64,000 nucleotides of DNA from Malacoraja senta (Eukaryota). Location: NCBI GenBank assembly GCA_038087875.1, contig CM075978.1:133424001-133488000 (forward strand), in the 5' to 3' direction. Positions 1 through 12,605 of the stretch are shown in pieces (the stretch's first letter is position 1; each line of letters starts with the position of its first letter). A program made the position numbers and the translations under genes. A model generated the notes under the pieces. That model worked only from the letters and a program-made list of their open reading frames with translations, did not search any database and was not told where the DNA came from.

Positions 1-10
1 ATTCATAAAT

Positions 11-222
11 CTGTAGGAAGGAACTGCAGGTGCTGGTTTACACCAAAGATAGACACAAAATGCTGGAGTAGCTCAGACGGCATCTCTGGATAGAAGGAAT
101 GGGTCCCGTTTCGGGTCGAGACCCTTCTTCAGACTGAAGGAGACCCGTACAGTCACCAATTCCTTCTATCCAGAGATGCTGCATGTCCCGCTGAGTTACT
201 CCAGCATTTTGTGTCGATCTTA
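11..222. mobile_element. Fold-back (inverted) PLE-terminal element
   Basis: Two inverted copies of the PLE 3' terminus; flanking duplication attcataaat at 1-10 and 223-232. Confidence 0.8.
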
Positions 223-596
223 ATTCATAAATGATTTTTTACCTCAATGCCACATTTCCATACTTTCCATGATCTCTTGAGTCCCTCTACAATGGAAAAT
301 CAGCCATCTCTCTTGATAATATACTCAAATTTTCACAGATGGAGTGGCAGTAGTATTTTATAAAAAGTGAAATTTGGACAGCTGGATAAGTGGAACTTAT
401 ACTGTTGCAGCTAGTGCATTCTTGAAGAGAATGTAATTCACTGACTAGAAGCAGGCCATTATTTATTCTCTGCATCTAATTGCTCTTGAGAAGGTGGTGT
501 TAAGCTGCCTACTAAAATTCTGCAATCTTTCTTATGACAGTATACCTTCATGGTTGCAGCACCGGGAACTGCTGGATTTTGACCTGCTGATGACTA

Positions 597-920
597 GTTT
601 AGTTTTGTTTTTTTAGAGATACAACATGTAAACATGCCCTTCGACCCATCAAGTCCACGCTAACCACCATGCTAATCACCCGTTCACACTAGTCTATATT
701 ATCCCATTTTCTCATCCACTCCCTGCACATTGGGGGCATTTTAGAGAGGTCAATTAAGCTACAATCCCACGGCTTTGGGACGTGGGAGGAAACCAGAGCA
801 TCTAGAGGAAACCTACAAGTCACAGAGACAATGTGCAAACTCTATACCAACAGCATCCATGGTCAAGATTGAACTCTGCTGCAAGGGAGTCACTCTACCA
901 ATGTACCACTGTGCAGCCCT
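597..920 (-). mobile_element. HE1-like V-SINE, degraded
   Basis: Reverse complement of the SINE at 22732, including the V-domain-like core and (aaact)n-type tail. Confidence 0.7.
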
Positions 921-999
921 GATGGAATGATTCCAAGTTAGGATGGTGCATAACTTGGAGGGAAACCTGCAAGAAACTGGTGCCTTCCTTCTTCTTGAT

Positions 1000-2360
1000 G
1001 TGAGACGCTGGAGATTCAAGAGGTGCTTTAGAAGAGTGATGCATTTTGTACGTGGCATGCAGTGTGGCCACAATGCACTGGTAGTGGATGGAGTTAACTT
1101 TTAGAGTGGTGGCTAGGGGAGAATTAAACAAGTTGCTTTGCCTCAGAGGCCACAAAGATATATTTTTGGAAGGCTTTCAATCCCCCCACCCCTACAATCA
1201 GTCTGAAGAAGGATCCTGACCGGAAACATCACCTATCCATGTTCTCCAGGGATGCTGCCTGACTTTCCAAGTTACTCCAGCATTTTGTGTCTTGGTACTG
1301 TTAATTGGAACTGCTTCTACCCTGGCAAGTGGGAAAGTATTCCACCATGCATCTGGCTTGTGCCTTTTGGATGGCAGTAAGTTTTTATGTTGTCAAAATA
1401 AGAGTCACTTACCACATAATATCCAGCATTAAAGTTGCTCGTAGCCACAGAATTTCTAAAGCTAATCCAGTTGATATTCTAGTCGTGTGGTTATCACCAG
1501 GATGCTGCTGATGTCGTGTGAGACTCAACAATGCTAGGACGATTGAATGCCAAGTATATATGTTTAGACTCTCCCTAGCTGGAGGGCATTATTGTTTGGA
1601 ACGTACTATTTACCATTTATCAATCAATATCTCATGTTTTTTTAGTTGTACTGCATTCAAACAAGGACTGATTCATTGTTTGAGAAATTGCAAATGGAAT
1701 TGAACATTATGCATTGCCAACAATGCATTATTGGAACGATGGTAAAAGCAGTAAGTAGATCCGCTGTGGCCAGCAGGCAAACATCGCCACACCCTATTTC
1801 TATCTCCGCCTCCTATCACTTTGATCTAATGATGGAAGGAAGGTCACCAATGAAACAGCTGCAGGCGACTGGGCTATGGTGGACCTGAGGAACTGTTGCA
1901 GCAATGACCTGGGACTGGAATAAATTATCTCCCAAAACCACTACCATCTTCTTTTGTGTGAAATATTATCTTCCTGATGCCCATTAACTTCCATTTATCC
2001 AAGATTCCTCAATGCCTAACGTGGTTGAATATGCCCTTGATGTCAAGGGCAGTGAGTCTCACTCCCACTTTGGCAAATGTATTCTTTGGTTCATGTTAGT
2101 ATCAAACCTATATGTCCAGACCTGAGTTCTGAACAGGATGCTTGTTGATAATTGATGCTTGATAGCACTGTTGATGATGCCTTTCATCTTGTCGCTGATA
2201 ATTGAGAATGGACTGAAGGGGTGGTAACTGAGGGTATTGAGCGACTCCTGCTTTTTTTGGATCAGATGTACATGGGCGATTTTCCACATTGATAGATAGC
2301 AGTCTGTGTTGGAGCAGCTGGCCTGACTTGTTCTGGAGCACATCTTCAATTTCTGTGCAA
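1000..2360 (-). mobile_element. Old CR1/L2-group LINE remnant with an inserted PLE tail (~1180-1292)
   Basis: Similar to the + strand RT remnant at 30480-31260; many stop codons. Confidence 0.5.
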
Positions 2361-3917
2361 TCTTTCAACATGAAGCCTGCACAGGATTCCAGGTAAAGCA
2401 AATTTAATAAGATGCCTCTTGTTTCCTCTGATGCCCTGTCAAACCCCTTAGTAACTTACAAAAAATTTCCATGTGTCTTCCTGCCTGCAGTGAAAGCTGT
2501 TCCCTTATCTTGCCTGACAAGGGAGTCTTGAGCTGAAAAGCTGGAACAAGAGGCAGCCAATGATAAGATATATTCAAGGACACTTATATGCATACACTCA
2601 TGCAAAAATGAAACTATTGTAATATGGTATGACCTGAGCCGTTTCAGCAGAGGTAGCAGCAGGCTGTACAAAGCTGTGATGGTAAAATGTCCTTTAGTTG
2701 TTTTGAGATGATTATATATGTTTCTATTGATAGTGCGGCCAGTGCCACTAAGGAGTACATATACCCTCAAGTGCAGTGTATAATTCTGCTCACCACATAG
2801 TTAGGAAGGGCATGATAGTACTAGAGAAGCTGCAGAATGGATTTTAGAGTATAGCAGAGCTGGAAAAGTTTAGTTATGAGAAGAGGTTGGTTTGGCTATT
2901 GGTCTTTTCTCTGGAACAAATGAGATTGAAGGCAGATGTAAATGCACTACTGAACACTGTGAAGAGAAAGGGCATAATTTAGCACAGAGATTGTCAGGGA
3001 ATTGTCAAAGAGGGGAGGAAAATTGAGAGAAAAATTATTTCTGCAAGAGTAGTAGAGTTTGAAATCCAAGGGGCAGTGAGGTAACATTTCTTATCGCATC
3101 TAAACCATCCCTTGGTAAGCATGCTGGTCTGTGTCCTACAAATTTCTGTTGATACCAAGCTGGATGAAATTGTGGGTTGTGAGGAAGATTCAGAGAACGT
3201 TCAGGGGATATATAGCAAGGTTAAATGAATGGGCAAGAACGTGGCAAACAGAATATGATTGGATAAATTAAATAACAGCTTGCATCTTGTCAAATAAAAT
3301 TCTTCCTTGTCGGCCTCTGAAACATAACACCTCAGTGGAGCTTGCAGAGGATTTATTACATTTACCTCGCTCATGAAATGTGAGTCACTTTATTGGCCCG
3401 ATCAAAGTCTACATGTTTGTGTGATTCTGGTGATGGGGCAACCACAGAATCACTCAGTTCCACTGTGGAGTCACCAACCACCACATCCACCAACTTCTGC
3501 TGCATAGTTGAAAGTCATGTGGAAGATAAAAGACATGAATCATTTCTGGCAGTGTGGTAATCTTGCAAGTTGTCAGAACGAAAATGAGCACATCATCATT
3601 GCTGATACTGGTCAGCATGGCTGTCATATGACATGCAGGTAGACTTTATTTTATAAGCAATCGGGCAACTGGGAGCTCCCTGCCTTCTATCTCCTCCAGT
3701 TTGGTTCAATTTAATGTCCACTAATCTCTAGTGACTTCTCCTCTTTAGTTGTGTAGAAAGGAACTGTAGATGCTGGTTTAGAGGCACAAGTGCTGGAGTA
3801 ACTCAGCGGGTCAGACAGCGTCTCTGGAGAAGTGGTGACTTTTCGGGTTGAGATCCGTCTTCAGACTGTGAGTCAGGGGAGTCATTTTTCCTGCCCTGTT
3901 TTCTATCTCACATCCAG

Positions 3918-4141
3918 GTCCAGAGAACTGCTGATGGCAACCTCGTCTCGTCGGGTGGTCACCTACCGTTGGTTTTGAAGTCCATTCACCGCCGGCCCCT
4001 TACAGTGCCCTGTAACACATCCAGAAAGGCATCCTTGAAACAGGAGGCACACTTTCCCCGCCTTGACCACACTGCATAATTTCATGTTCTCTTGCAGCTA
4101 ATTTATTTCCTCCATCTTGCGTGTTAGACAGGCTGAATAAA
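3918..4141 (+). other. Candidate terminal exon of an unidentified upstream gene
   Basis: Long polypyrimidine tract and catccAG|; 53 open codons to TAA at 4077-4079; AATAAA at 4136-4141. No recognised homologue. Confidence 0.3.
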
Positions 4142-4807
4142 CTGGAGTTGATATTGTGGTCTGTGGATCTACATCACACTCACAGGAGGAATGTCGAATC
4201 TGAATGATTATATGCTCGATTTAAGAAAAATCCATGCCAGTCACACTTCCCATATTGATGGCTGAATAACAGAAAGGCGCAGAATCTAGTTCTTGTTCCC
4301 CACCCCATCCACGCCCACTGTGATGCCTATCTACTCCCTCTGTATCCCCTGTTCCTATCCCATCCTAGTAACTGTTCAAATACTTTTTAATTGTTGTCAT
4401 AATATCTCTAAATTGAATTCAAGAGAGAGTCAAGTGTTCTATTGTCAATATCGAAGATAGACACAAAATGCTAGAGTAACTCAGCGGGTCAGGCAGCATC
4501 TCTAGAGAGAAAGAATGGGTGACGTTTCGGGTCGAGACCCTTCTTCAGACTGATGTCAGGAGAGTGGGATGTACATAGATAAGGAAGTGTATAGATAAGG
4601 AAGTGGAAGGTGTGAAGACAGGATAAAGGGAATGGAGTTCAAGGACAATGTAGAGTAGATCATTGTTGGGAGAAGTTAACAACAAAGCAGAGATAAAATG
4701 TAGTAGGAGACCATTGGACTGGTTGGAGAACAGGGAAGGGGGAGGGGGAGATGGAGAGAGAGGGAAAGCAAGGGTTACTTAAAGTTAGAGAAGTTAATGT
4801 TCATACC

Positions 4808-5022
4808 AAAGATAGACACAAAATGCTGGAGTAACTCAGCGGGACAGGCAGCATCTCTGGAGAAAAGGAATGGGTCACATGTCGGGTCGAGACCCTTCTT
4901 CAGAGTCAACCTGAAACGTCACCCTTTCCTTCTCTTCAGAGATGCTGCCTGTCCCGTTGAGTTACTCCAGCATTTTGTGTCTATCTTCGATTTAAACCAA
5001 CATCCGCAGTTCATTCCTACAC
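4808..5022. mobile_element. Fold-back PLE-terminal element
   Basis: Long inverted arms; TSD aatgttcatacc at 4796-4807 and 5025-5036. Confidence 0.85.
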
Positions 5023-5381
5023 TCAATGTTCATACCGCTGGTGTGTAAGGTGCCCAAGGGAAATATGAGGTGCTGTTCCTCCAATTTGCACTGGGTCTCA
5101 TTCTGACAGTGGAGGAGGCCCAGGACAGAAAGGTCAGTGTGGGAATGTCAGGGGGGAGTTAAAGTGCTGAACAACCGGGAGATCGGGTAGGTTTAGGTGG
5201 ACTGAGCGGAGGTATTCAGCGAAACGAACGCCGAGCCTGCTCTTGGTCTCGCCAATGTACAAGGCGTCCACACCTGGAACAGCAGTACAATAGATGAGGT
5301 TGGAGGAGGTGCAAGTGAACCTCTGCCTCACCTGAAAAGGCTGTTGAGGTTCTTGGACGGAGTCGAGGGGGGAGGTATAGG

Positions 5382-5560
5382 CAGTGGCGGACTGGGTCTA
5401 AAAATATTGGTTGCCAGGAGACAAAGGGGGCCCACTTCATCAGGGGCCCACTTGATATAGGGGGCCCACGTCATCAGGGGCTCACTTGATATAGGGTGCC
5501 CACTTCATCAGGGGCCCACTTGCCATCGGGCAAGCTGACACCCTGGCCAGTCCGCCACTG
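5382..5560. mobile_element. Non-autonomous hAT-type MITE
   Basis: 14-bp TIR cagtggcggactgg/ccagtccgccactg; 8-bp TSD ggtatagg at 5374-5381 and 5561-5568; internal GGGGCCCACTT repeats. Confidence 0.9.
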
Positions 5561-7025
5561 GGTATAGGGACAGGTGTCTATTGTCATATGTCCTGAAATG
5601 GAACAATGAACATTTTAATTGCAGCAGCACGACAGATACGTAAACATAGTACTCGGAAGACAACATAATAAACAACAAAAAGTGTAATATTTTGTGACAA
5701 CCACAAAAATAATGTTGTACTCACCAAGCTAATCCATTAACAATTCCCCAGCCCAGACCTTTCTTCCGACCAGCCATTTAAAATTTTTTAAACATGGGCC
5801 TTACATTTAAACTCAGGTCATTAATACAAATCATAAACAGCAAGAGACCTATTGTGAGACTGTGGAACTCTGGCACGCCACCATCCACTCATGTAAACTC
5901 ACATCAATCATTCTCCCACAGAGTACATTTTTCCTGCAACTTGGTACTTTACTGATCAAGTTGCCATGTGAAATGCCTTGCCAAAATCCGTTTAGACTAG
6001 GCGCCACCTTCATTACCATTCCCTTCTCATAACGTCAATTAATTAAGTCTAGTTCTTCAAATATGATTTTCTTTTCTACAAATCCATGCCTACTGCCTAA
6101 CGTTTGACTAACTTGTACCTCCTTAACTGCTGATTTATGCTGTCCCTCAGAATGTTGGCCTATACCTTGCCCATCACTCAAGTTAGGTTGACTGGTTTCT
6201 GGTTTACTCAGTCTATTACTTGTTTTTGTAAAGAACATTAGCCATCTTTCCGTTCTCTAGCACCTGCCATCGTGAAGAAGGTTCAGGAGCCTGAAAACTG
6301 TTAAGCCCAGGTTCAGGAACAGCTTCTTCCCTGCAGCCATGATGCCATTAAACACTACAACCTCAAATGTTCTGATCTACATAACTATTATTGTTATTAT
6401 TGCACTATTATTGCTTGTTTGTTTTTTATGTGTACGTATGTGTGCGCGGGTATTTATATAAAGATATATATATGATCTGTATATATGTGTATGTGTATAT
6501 ACACACACTGAACTTTTCTCGTTTATTATATTGTTTACAGAGTACGATGTTTACATATTCTATTGTGCTGCTTCAAGTAAGAATTTCATTGTTCTATCTG
6601 GGACATATGACAATCCTCTCTTGACTTGCATGTAGCCAGAGAGGATCAGAAATCCTGGGCAAAGGACACGTGACGTTTCATGTCAGGACCCTTCTTCAGA
6701 CTGTTGTTCCGCCAGCACTTTGTTTTTGCTCAAGATTCCCACATCTGGAGTATTTTCTATCTCCATTGGCTACCTTGACCTTGTCTGACATCAAATGTAA
6801 CTGTTATCTCTGGTGATCTTCAGGGCTTCGTTCCACTTGTGACCATATTGGCTTTAGTCCCCATGGGTTGAATCCACTCATAGCTGCTGTCTTTGCCATT
6901 CCCTGATATCTGGCTTCCCTTCTGAATACATGTTACAGTCAATGCCTGTAACTTGTCACATCTCCAGTGATCATTGTTGCAGCCAGTGTCTTCGGCTGAA
7001 TCTTCTCTTCTCATGGCTGTTGTCT

Positions 7026-7460
7026 CAATAGACAATAGACAATAGGTGCAGGAGTAGGCCATTCGGCCCTTCGAGCCAGCACCGCCATTCAATGTGATCA
7101 TGGCTGATCATTCCTAATCAGTACCCCGTTCCTGCCTTCTCCCCATATCCCCTGACTCCGCTATCTTTAAGAGGCCTATCTTGCTCTCTCTTGAAAGTAT
7201 CCAGAGAACTGGCCTCCAGAGAATTCCACAGACTCACAACTCTCTGTGAGAAGAAGTGTTTCCTCGTCTCCGTTCTAAATGGCTTACCCTTTATTCTTAA
7301 ACTGTGGCCCCTGGTTCTGGACTCCCCCAACATCGGGAACATGTTTCCTGCCTCTAGCGTGTCCAAACCCTTAATAATCTTATATGTTTCAATAAGATAC
7401 CCTCTCATCCTTCTAAACTCAAGAGTATACAAGCCCAGCGGCCCCATTCTCTCAGCATAC
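7026..7460 (-). mobile_element. CR1 LINE 3' fragment
   Basis: ORF2 C-terminus (LEFRRMRGYLIETYKI...TRGHSLRI...FFSQRVVSLWNSL), 3' UTR and (ctattgt)n tail. Confidence 0.9.
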
Positions 7461-8314
7461 GTCACAGCAAATCTCTAGGTGGGTCTAAATCCTTACCCTT
7501 GCAACCTCTCACCCCTTCCCTCCCCAGCTCCACCCACTACAACTGTTGTCCTTGTCGGTAAGTCTATAATTTCACAGTGTTCCCAAGGACTGTTGATTAT
7601 CATTTCTCTGTCTGCTGTAAGCATAGAGATCAGGAAAAATGTCCTTCACAGCAGACTCTGTCTTGGATTTAGATTTAACAACTTGTTTTGATAAACACTC
7701 CAAGGGCAATCTGATCTATCTGCAGTTCACTTCTAGACAATGGCATCATTGTGCAGTTCTCAAAAAAAAATCACACAGCATTTAAATCATTGCAACTTCG
7801 GAAGAGATTAGGTCAGTATCTTGGGTTTGATACTCAGAGGCTGGCTATTACAAATTCAACGGCATTAGGAATAGGGAATAAAAAAACATTAATGACAGAA
7901 AGTAAGACCTCGGTAAATATAAAGCTGTTCTGGAGCAACAAACTTTTGTTATTGGATGTAGATACCAGCGTACTTCTTGAATCCTGCTGCTCCTGCCAGT
8001 CCCTGCAATTTGACTCCCCTGATAATTGTTGCTGCCAATCTATTAAGATTTCAATTGCACTAAAAAGCCCCACCCCCACAACTTTGCCCGGCCCTGCATG
8101 AGCTCTGTTCTCAATGACCCCCGACCTCTGCAGCTGCTGTTCCTTCTAATATTGAGGATTTGACTTCCCGGGCAGGCTGACCTGCTGGTCCCAGGATATT
8201 AATAAGCAGCAGCGTTGGTTTAAAATGTCATTCCCCTATCAGGAGTTTTCTTCACTTCCTTCTTTCTCTTCCATTTCTGGAAATTGTGCCCCACTGAATT
8301 ATGTTGGCAGCAGA

Positions 8315-9720
8315 GAGTCAAGAGTCAGGAGAGTTTCAATGTCATATGTACCAACAACGGAACAGTAGAATTCATACTTGCAACAGCTTAACAAGCCCAT
8401 AAACGTATTATAAGATAATTTCTGATTTTTAAAAAAAAATTCATTTAGTGGCTAACAGAGGTTAGTGTTGTGCAGTTTTCAAGGAGATTTGGTGTTGGTT
8501 GCTGGGAAGAAGCTATTCGTGAACCTGGTAGATACGGTTTTCAGGCTCTTGTACCTTCTTCCTGATTGGAGGAGTGGTGTGAGGCCCTGGCCAGAGTGGT
8601 CTATCATTGATGATATTGGTGCCTTTTTAAGGCAGCGTGTCCAATAGATCCCTTCTACGGTGGGGAGGAAAGTACTTTTGATGGACCAGGCAGTGTCGAC
8701 AGTCTCTGTACTCTCCTTCGTTCCTGGGCGTTCGAGTTGCTGAACCAGGCTGTGAAGCAGCCAGTCAGTATGGTCTCTACTGTATACGCGTAGAAGTTCA
8801 ATAGAGTATTTGTCGACGTACCAAATCTCCTCAATCTGATGAGCTTTCTTTGTGATTGCATTAATGTGCTGTGCCCAGGAGAGATCTTCTGAAATAAACA
8901 CACCCAGGAACTTGCAGCCTCTCCACCATTGTCTCATCGATGAAGACAGGTTTATGGATCGTTGGCTTTCCCATTCTTAGGTCAACAATCATCACTTTGG
9001 TCTTGCTGACATTGAGAGCAAGATTGTTGAGCTGTTCAGGCAGATTTAAAGATGGCGTTGGAACTGCGTCTGGCTACACAGTCATGGGTATAAAATACGA
9101 GACTGAGCACACAGTCTTGAGGTACTCCTGTGCTGCTGGTTATCGGAAAGGAAATGCTGTTCCCAATTTGTTCTCATGGTGGTCTGTCAATGAGGAAGTC
9201 GAGGATTCAGTTACTAAGGGATGAGCAGAGACCCAGTCCTGTGAGTTTGATAATATGTTTGGAGGGGATGATGGTGTTGAATGCTGAGCTATAGTCAATG
9301 ACAACAGCCTGACATATGTGTTCTTATTGGCCAAGTGGTCCAGTGCAGAATGGAGAGCCAGCAAGATTGTATCCCCTGTTGACCTATTGTGGCCATAGGC
9401 AAATTGTAATGTGTCCAGGTTGTTATTACAGTAGGAGTTGACACACATCATAACTAACCTTCATCACCGCGGACGTTAGTGCCACGGGTTGGTAGTCATT
9501 GAGGTATATCACTCGTCTTGAGCAGCGGTATAATTGATGCTCTTTTAAAGCAGGTGGAAAAGACCATAGTAATGAGAGGTTGAACATGTCCACACAAACT
9601 CCAGTCAGTTAGTCTGTGAAGCTTTAAGAACCCTGCCAAATACACCATCAGGACCCGATATTTTCCAAGGTTCCCTCTCACGAAGGATCATCTGATGTCA
9701 GCCTCAGTGACTGTAGTTGG
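8315..9720 (-). mobile_element. Rex1/Babar-type LINE fragment
   Basis: RT remnants LDTLQFAYGHNRSTGD, KFLGVFISEDLSW and RFTNSFFPA; (tcttgac)-type tail. Confidence 0.8.
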
Positions 9721-10552
9721 TGCTTCAAATTACTAACTGAATCTATATTCCTCAACAGCCAGGTAAAGATTTGAACCCTGATCTCCGAGCTGTTAGTCCA
9801 AACTTCTGGATTATGAGTCAAGCAATTTAGCATCTGCCTGAAAGAGGGGTGGAGGCAGGGCCGGATTTAGATGAAGAGAGGCCCTAAGCTGTTCCACTTG
9901 TGAGGCCCCTCCCATTCCCCCACCCCACGACAAGAGCAAGATGGTCCACCGATTTGCAGCCAAGCGTGGCCAATGAGATAAGGGGCTGGAAAGCTGCGCT
10001 TATTTATTTATTTATTTATTTATTGCCAGTGCTAGTGTCGAGTTATTGGCTTAAAACACTATTATTCTGAAATGGAGGGCAAGGAAAATTACTGAAGGGT
10101 TGTTTAGAGACTACAGTGCGTTGTGACAGCATATGTAAGAAAGGCCTACGACAGTGTCAAAAATATTATACACCTTGCAGGGCTCTCGCATAATTTTTTT
10201 TTCTCTGTTGTCAGCCGGACAACCTTGGCAGCTTTTTAAGTTGCCAAATGACAGTTTAGGTGGTCATTTAAGACGGCTTGCATGACATGTGCGATAATGT
10301 GCTCGGACAAAGTGCGTAGTTACCAGTCGGAATTATGCTCAATGAAGCATTCACATATTATTTCTGCTTCAAATAAAGTCACAAACTAAACATATTCACC
10401 AATCAAGACATGATATATACCACAATGATATGCAGCAAAATTATAATACAGTATCTCAACTCTTTTTACACATTGCAATTAATGCAATTTCTATTATTTC
10501 TTTCTACTTCCAAACAAAAATATGGTTGGATTATTCAGCGTATGATCAACCT

Positions 10553-11329
10553 CAGTGAGACCAAGTGCAGGCTTGGCGATCGCTTCGCACAACGCCTCCA
10601 CTCAGTTCGCAATAACCAACCTGATCTCCCGGTGGCTCAACACTTCAACTCCCCTTCCCATTCCAAATGCGACCTTTCTGTCCTGGGCCTCCTCCATGGT
10701 CAGAGTGAGGCCCATCGCATATTGGAGGAGCAGCACCTCATATTTGCTTGGGTAGTTTACACCCCAGCGGTATGAATATTGGCTTCTCTAATTTCAGGTA
10801 GTCCTTGCTTTCTCCCTCCTTCCCCTCCCATTCCCAACTCTCCCACAGCCTACTGTCTCCACCTCTTCCTTTCTTTTTTGTGTCCCCACCCCCACCCGAC
10901 ATCAATCTGAAGAAGGGTCTCGACCCGAAACGTCGTCTATTCCTTCGCTCCATAGATGCTGCCTTACCTGCTGATTTTCTCCAGCTTTTTTTTGTCTACC
11001 AATGGGACCCACCACTGGCCACATCTTCCCATCTCCTCCCCTGTTGGCTTTCCACAGAGACCGCTCCCTCCATAACTCCCTGGTCAATTCGTCCCTTCCC
11101 ACCCAAACCACCCCCTCTCCTGGCACTTTCCCTTGCAACCGCAGGAAATGCTACACTTGTCGTTTTACCCCCTTTGATTCCATTCAAGGACCCAAGCAGT
11201 CTTTCCAGGTGCGGCAGAGGTTCACCTGCACCTCCTCCAACCTCATCTATTGCATCCACTGCTCTAGGTGTCAGCTGCTCTACATCGGTGAGACCAAGCG
11301 TAGGCTTGGCGATCGCTTCGCCCAACACC
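10553..11329 (+). mobile_element. Head-to-tail partial tandem of Penelope-like element 3' regions
   Basis: GIY-YIG C-terminus plus terminal repeat, followed immediately by a second copy (FPCNRRKCYTC...IYCIHC...YIGETK) that runs into the gap. Confidence 0.85.
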
Positions 11330-11566
11330 NNNNNNNNNNNNNNNNNNNNNNNNNNNNNNNNNNNNNNNNNNNNNNNNNNNNNNNNNNNNNNNNNNNNNNN
11401 NNNNNNNNNNNNNNNNNNNNNNNNNNNNNNNNNNNNNNNNNNNNNNNNNNNNNNNNNNNNNNNNNNNNNNNNNNNNNNNNNNNNNNNNNNNNNNNNNNNN
11501 NNNNNNNNNNNNNNNNNNNNNNNNNNNNNNNNNNNNNNNNNNNNNNNNNNNNNNNNNNNNNNNNNN
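11330..11566. other. Assembly gap
   Basis: Run of N. Confidence 1.
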
Positions 11567-11653
11567 AAGTAAGTAACTAAGTAAGTAACTAAGTAAGTAA
11601 CTAAGTAAGTAACTAAGTAACTAAGTAACTAAGTAACTAAGTAACTAAGTAAG
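11567..11653. repeat. (AAGTAAGTAACT)n/(AAGTAACT)n simple repeat, probably a LINE 3' tail
   Basis: Seen directly; adjoins a minus-strand LINE-type 3' end. Confidence 0.8.
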
Positions 11654-11927
11654 TTTGTTTATTGGCCAAGTATTCACATACAAGGAATTTGCCTTGGTGC
11701 TCCGCCCACAAGTAACAACATGACATACAGTGACAGTTACGAATGACTCAGAAAACACTAAACATTAATAATAATAAAACATGAATGAGAAATCCGGAAC
11801 GATGTTTGGAGGTACCGTATGTCCGATATTTATGAGTACCTCTCTCGTGAAAGTAATCTTTGCAGGGTTTTCACAGCAGTACACCGTGGCTGCCATCGTC
11901 GGCGCCAGCAGCAGCAAGCAGCTACAC

Positions 11928-12280
11928 TGCAATAACCAACCTGATCTCCCGGTGGCTCAGCACTTCAACTCCCCCTCCCATTCCGAATCCGACCTTTCTG
12001 TCCTGGGCCTCGACCATGGCCAAAGTGAGGCCCACCGTAAATTGGAGGAGCAGCACCTCATATTTCGCTTGGGCAGTTTACATCCCAGCGGTATGAACAT
12101 TGACTTCCCCAATTTCAGGTAGTCCCTGCTTTCTCCTCCCCTTCCCAGCTCTCCCTCAGCCCACTGTCTCCGCCTCTTCCTTTCTTCTTCCCTTCCCCCC
12201 CACCCTCACAACTTCAGTCTGAAGAAGGGTCTCGACCCGAAACGTCGCCTATTTCCTTCTCTCCACAGATGCTGCCTCAC
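11928..12280 (+). mobile_element. Penelope-like element 3' fragment
   Basis: NNQPDLPVAQHFNS...HLIFRLGSLHPSGMNIDF plus terminal repeat with CTGAAGA...GAAAC. Confidence 0.85.
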
Positions 12281-12426
12281 GCACAGGGCAATTTTACAGA
12301 GACAAGTTAACCTACAAAGCCAATGCGTCTTTGGGATGTGGGAGGAAACCCACATGCTTGCAGGGAGAATGTGCAAATTCAACATAGACAGTGCCCAAGG
12401 ACAGGATCAAACACAGATCTCTGGCG

Positions 12427-12605
12427 CGGAATGGTACCATTCGGCACCGCCGTTTCGGGGTGTTAGGGTTAGGGTTAGGGTTAGGGTTAGGGTTAGGGTT
12501 AGGGTCAGAGTCAGGGTCAGGGTTAAAGTTAGGGTTAGGGTTCTGATGAGTACAGATATTATAAACGGAGTCGCCGAAACAGCGGCGCCGAAAAGTACCC
12601 GACCC
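12427..12605. mobile_element. MITE with an internal telomeric repeat array, inserted in a V-SINE
   Basis: 8-bp TSD ctctggcg at 12419-12426 and 12606-12613; imperfect ~33-bp TIRs; (TTAGGG)-type array at 12463-12542. Confidence 0.85.

Larger units (their letters stand above)
4452..5576 (-). mobile_element. 5'-truncated Penelope-like element with nested insertions
   Basis: GIY-YIG remnant (RFTCTSSNLIYC...YIGETK...AEYLRSV) plus 3' terminus; flanked by tctattgtca at 4438-4447 and 5577-5586, inside a LINE 3' tail. Confidence 0.85.

Noticed and set aside
10805-11580. 255-aa and 192-aa ORFs
   Set aside because: Lengths are inflated by N runs; the real part is a PLE fragment.
12543-12605. CTGATGA...GAAAC after the TTAGGG array, resembling a hammerhead ribozyme
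   Set aside because: No stem II closes between the core strands and there is no properly placed NUH. The GAAA motifs belong to the right TIR.
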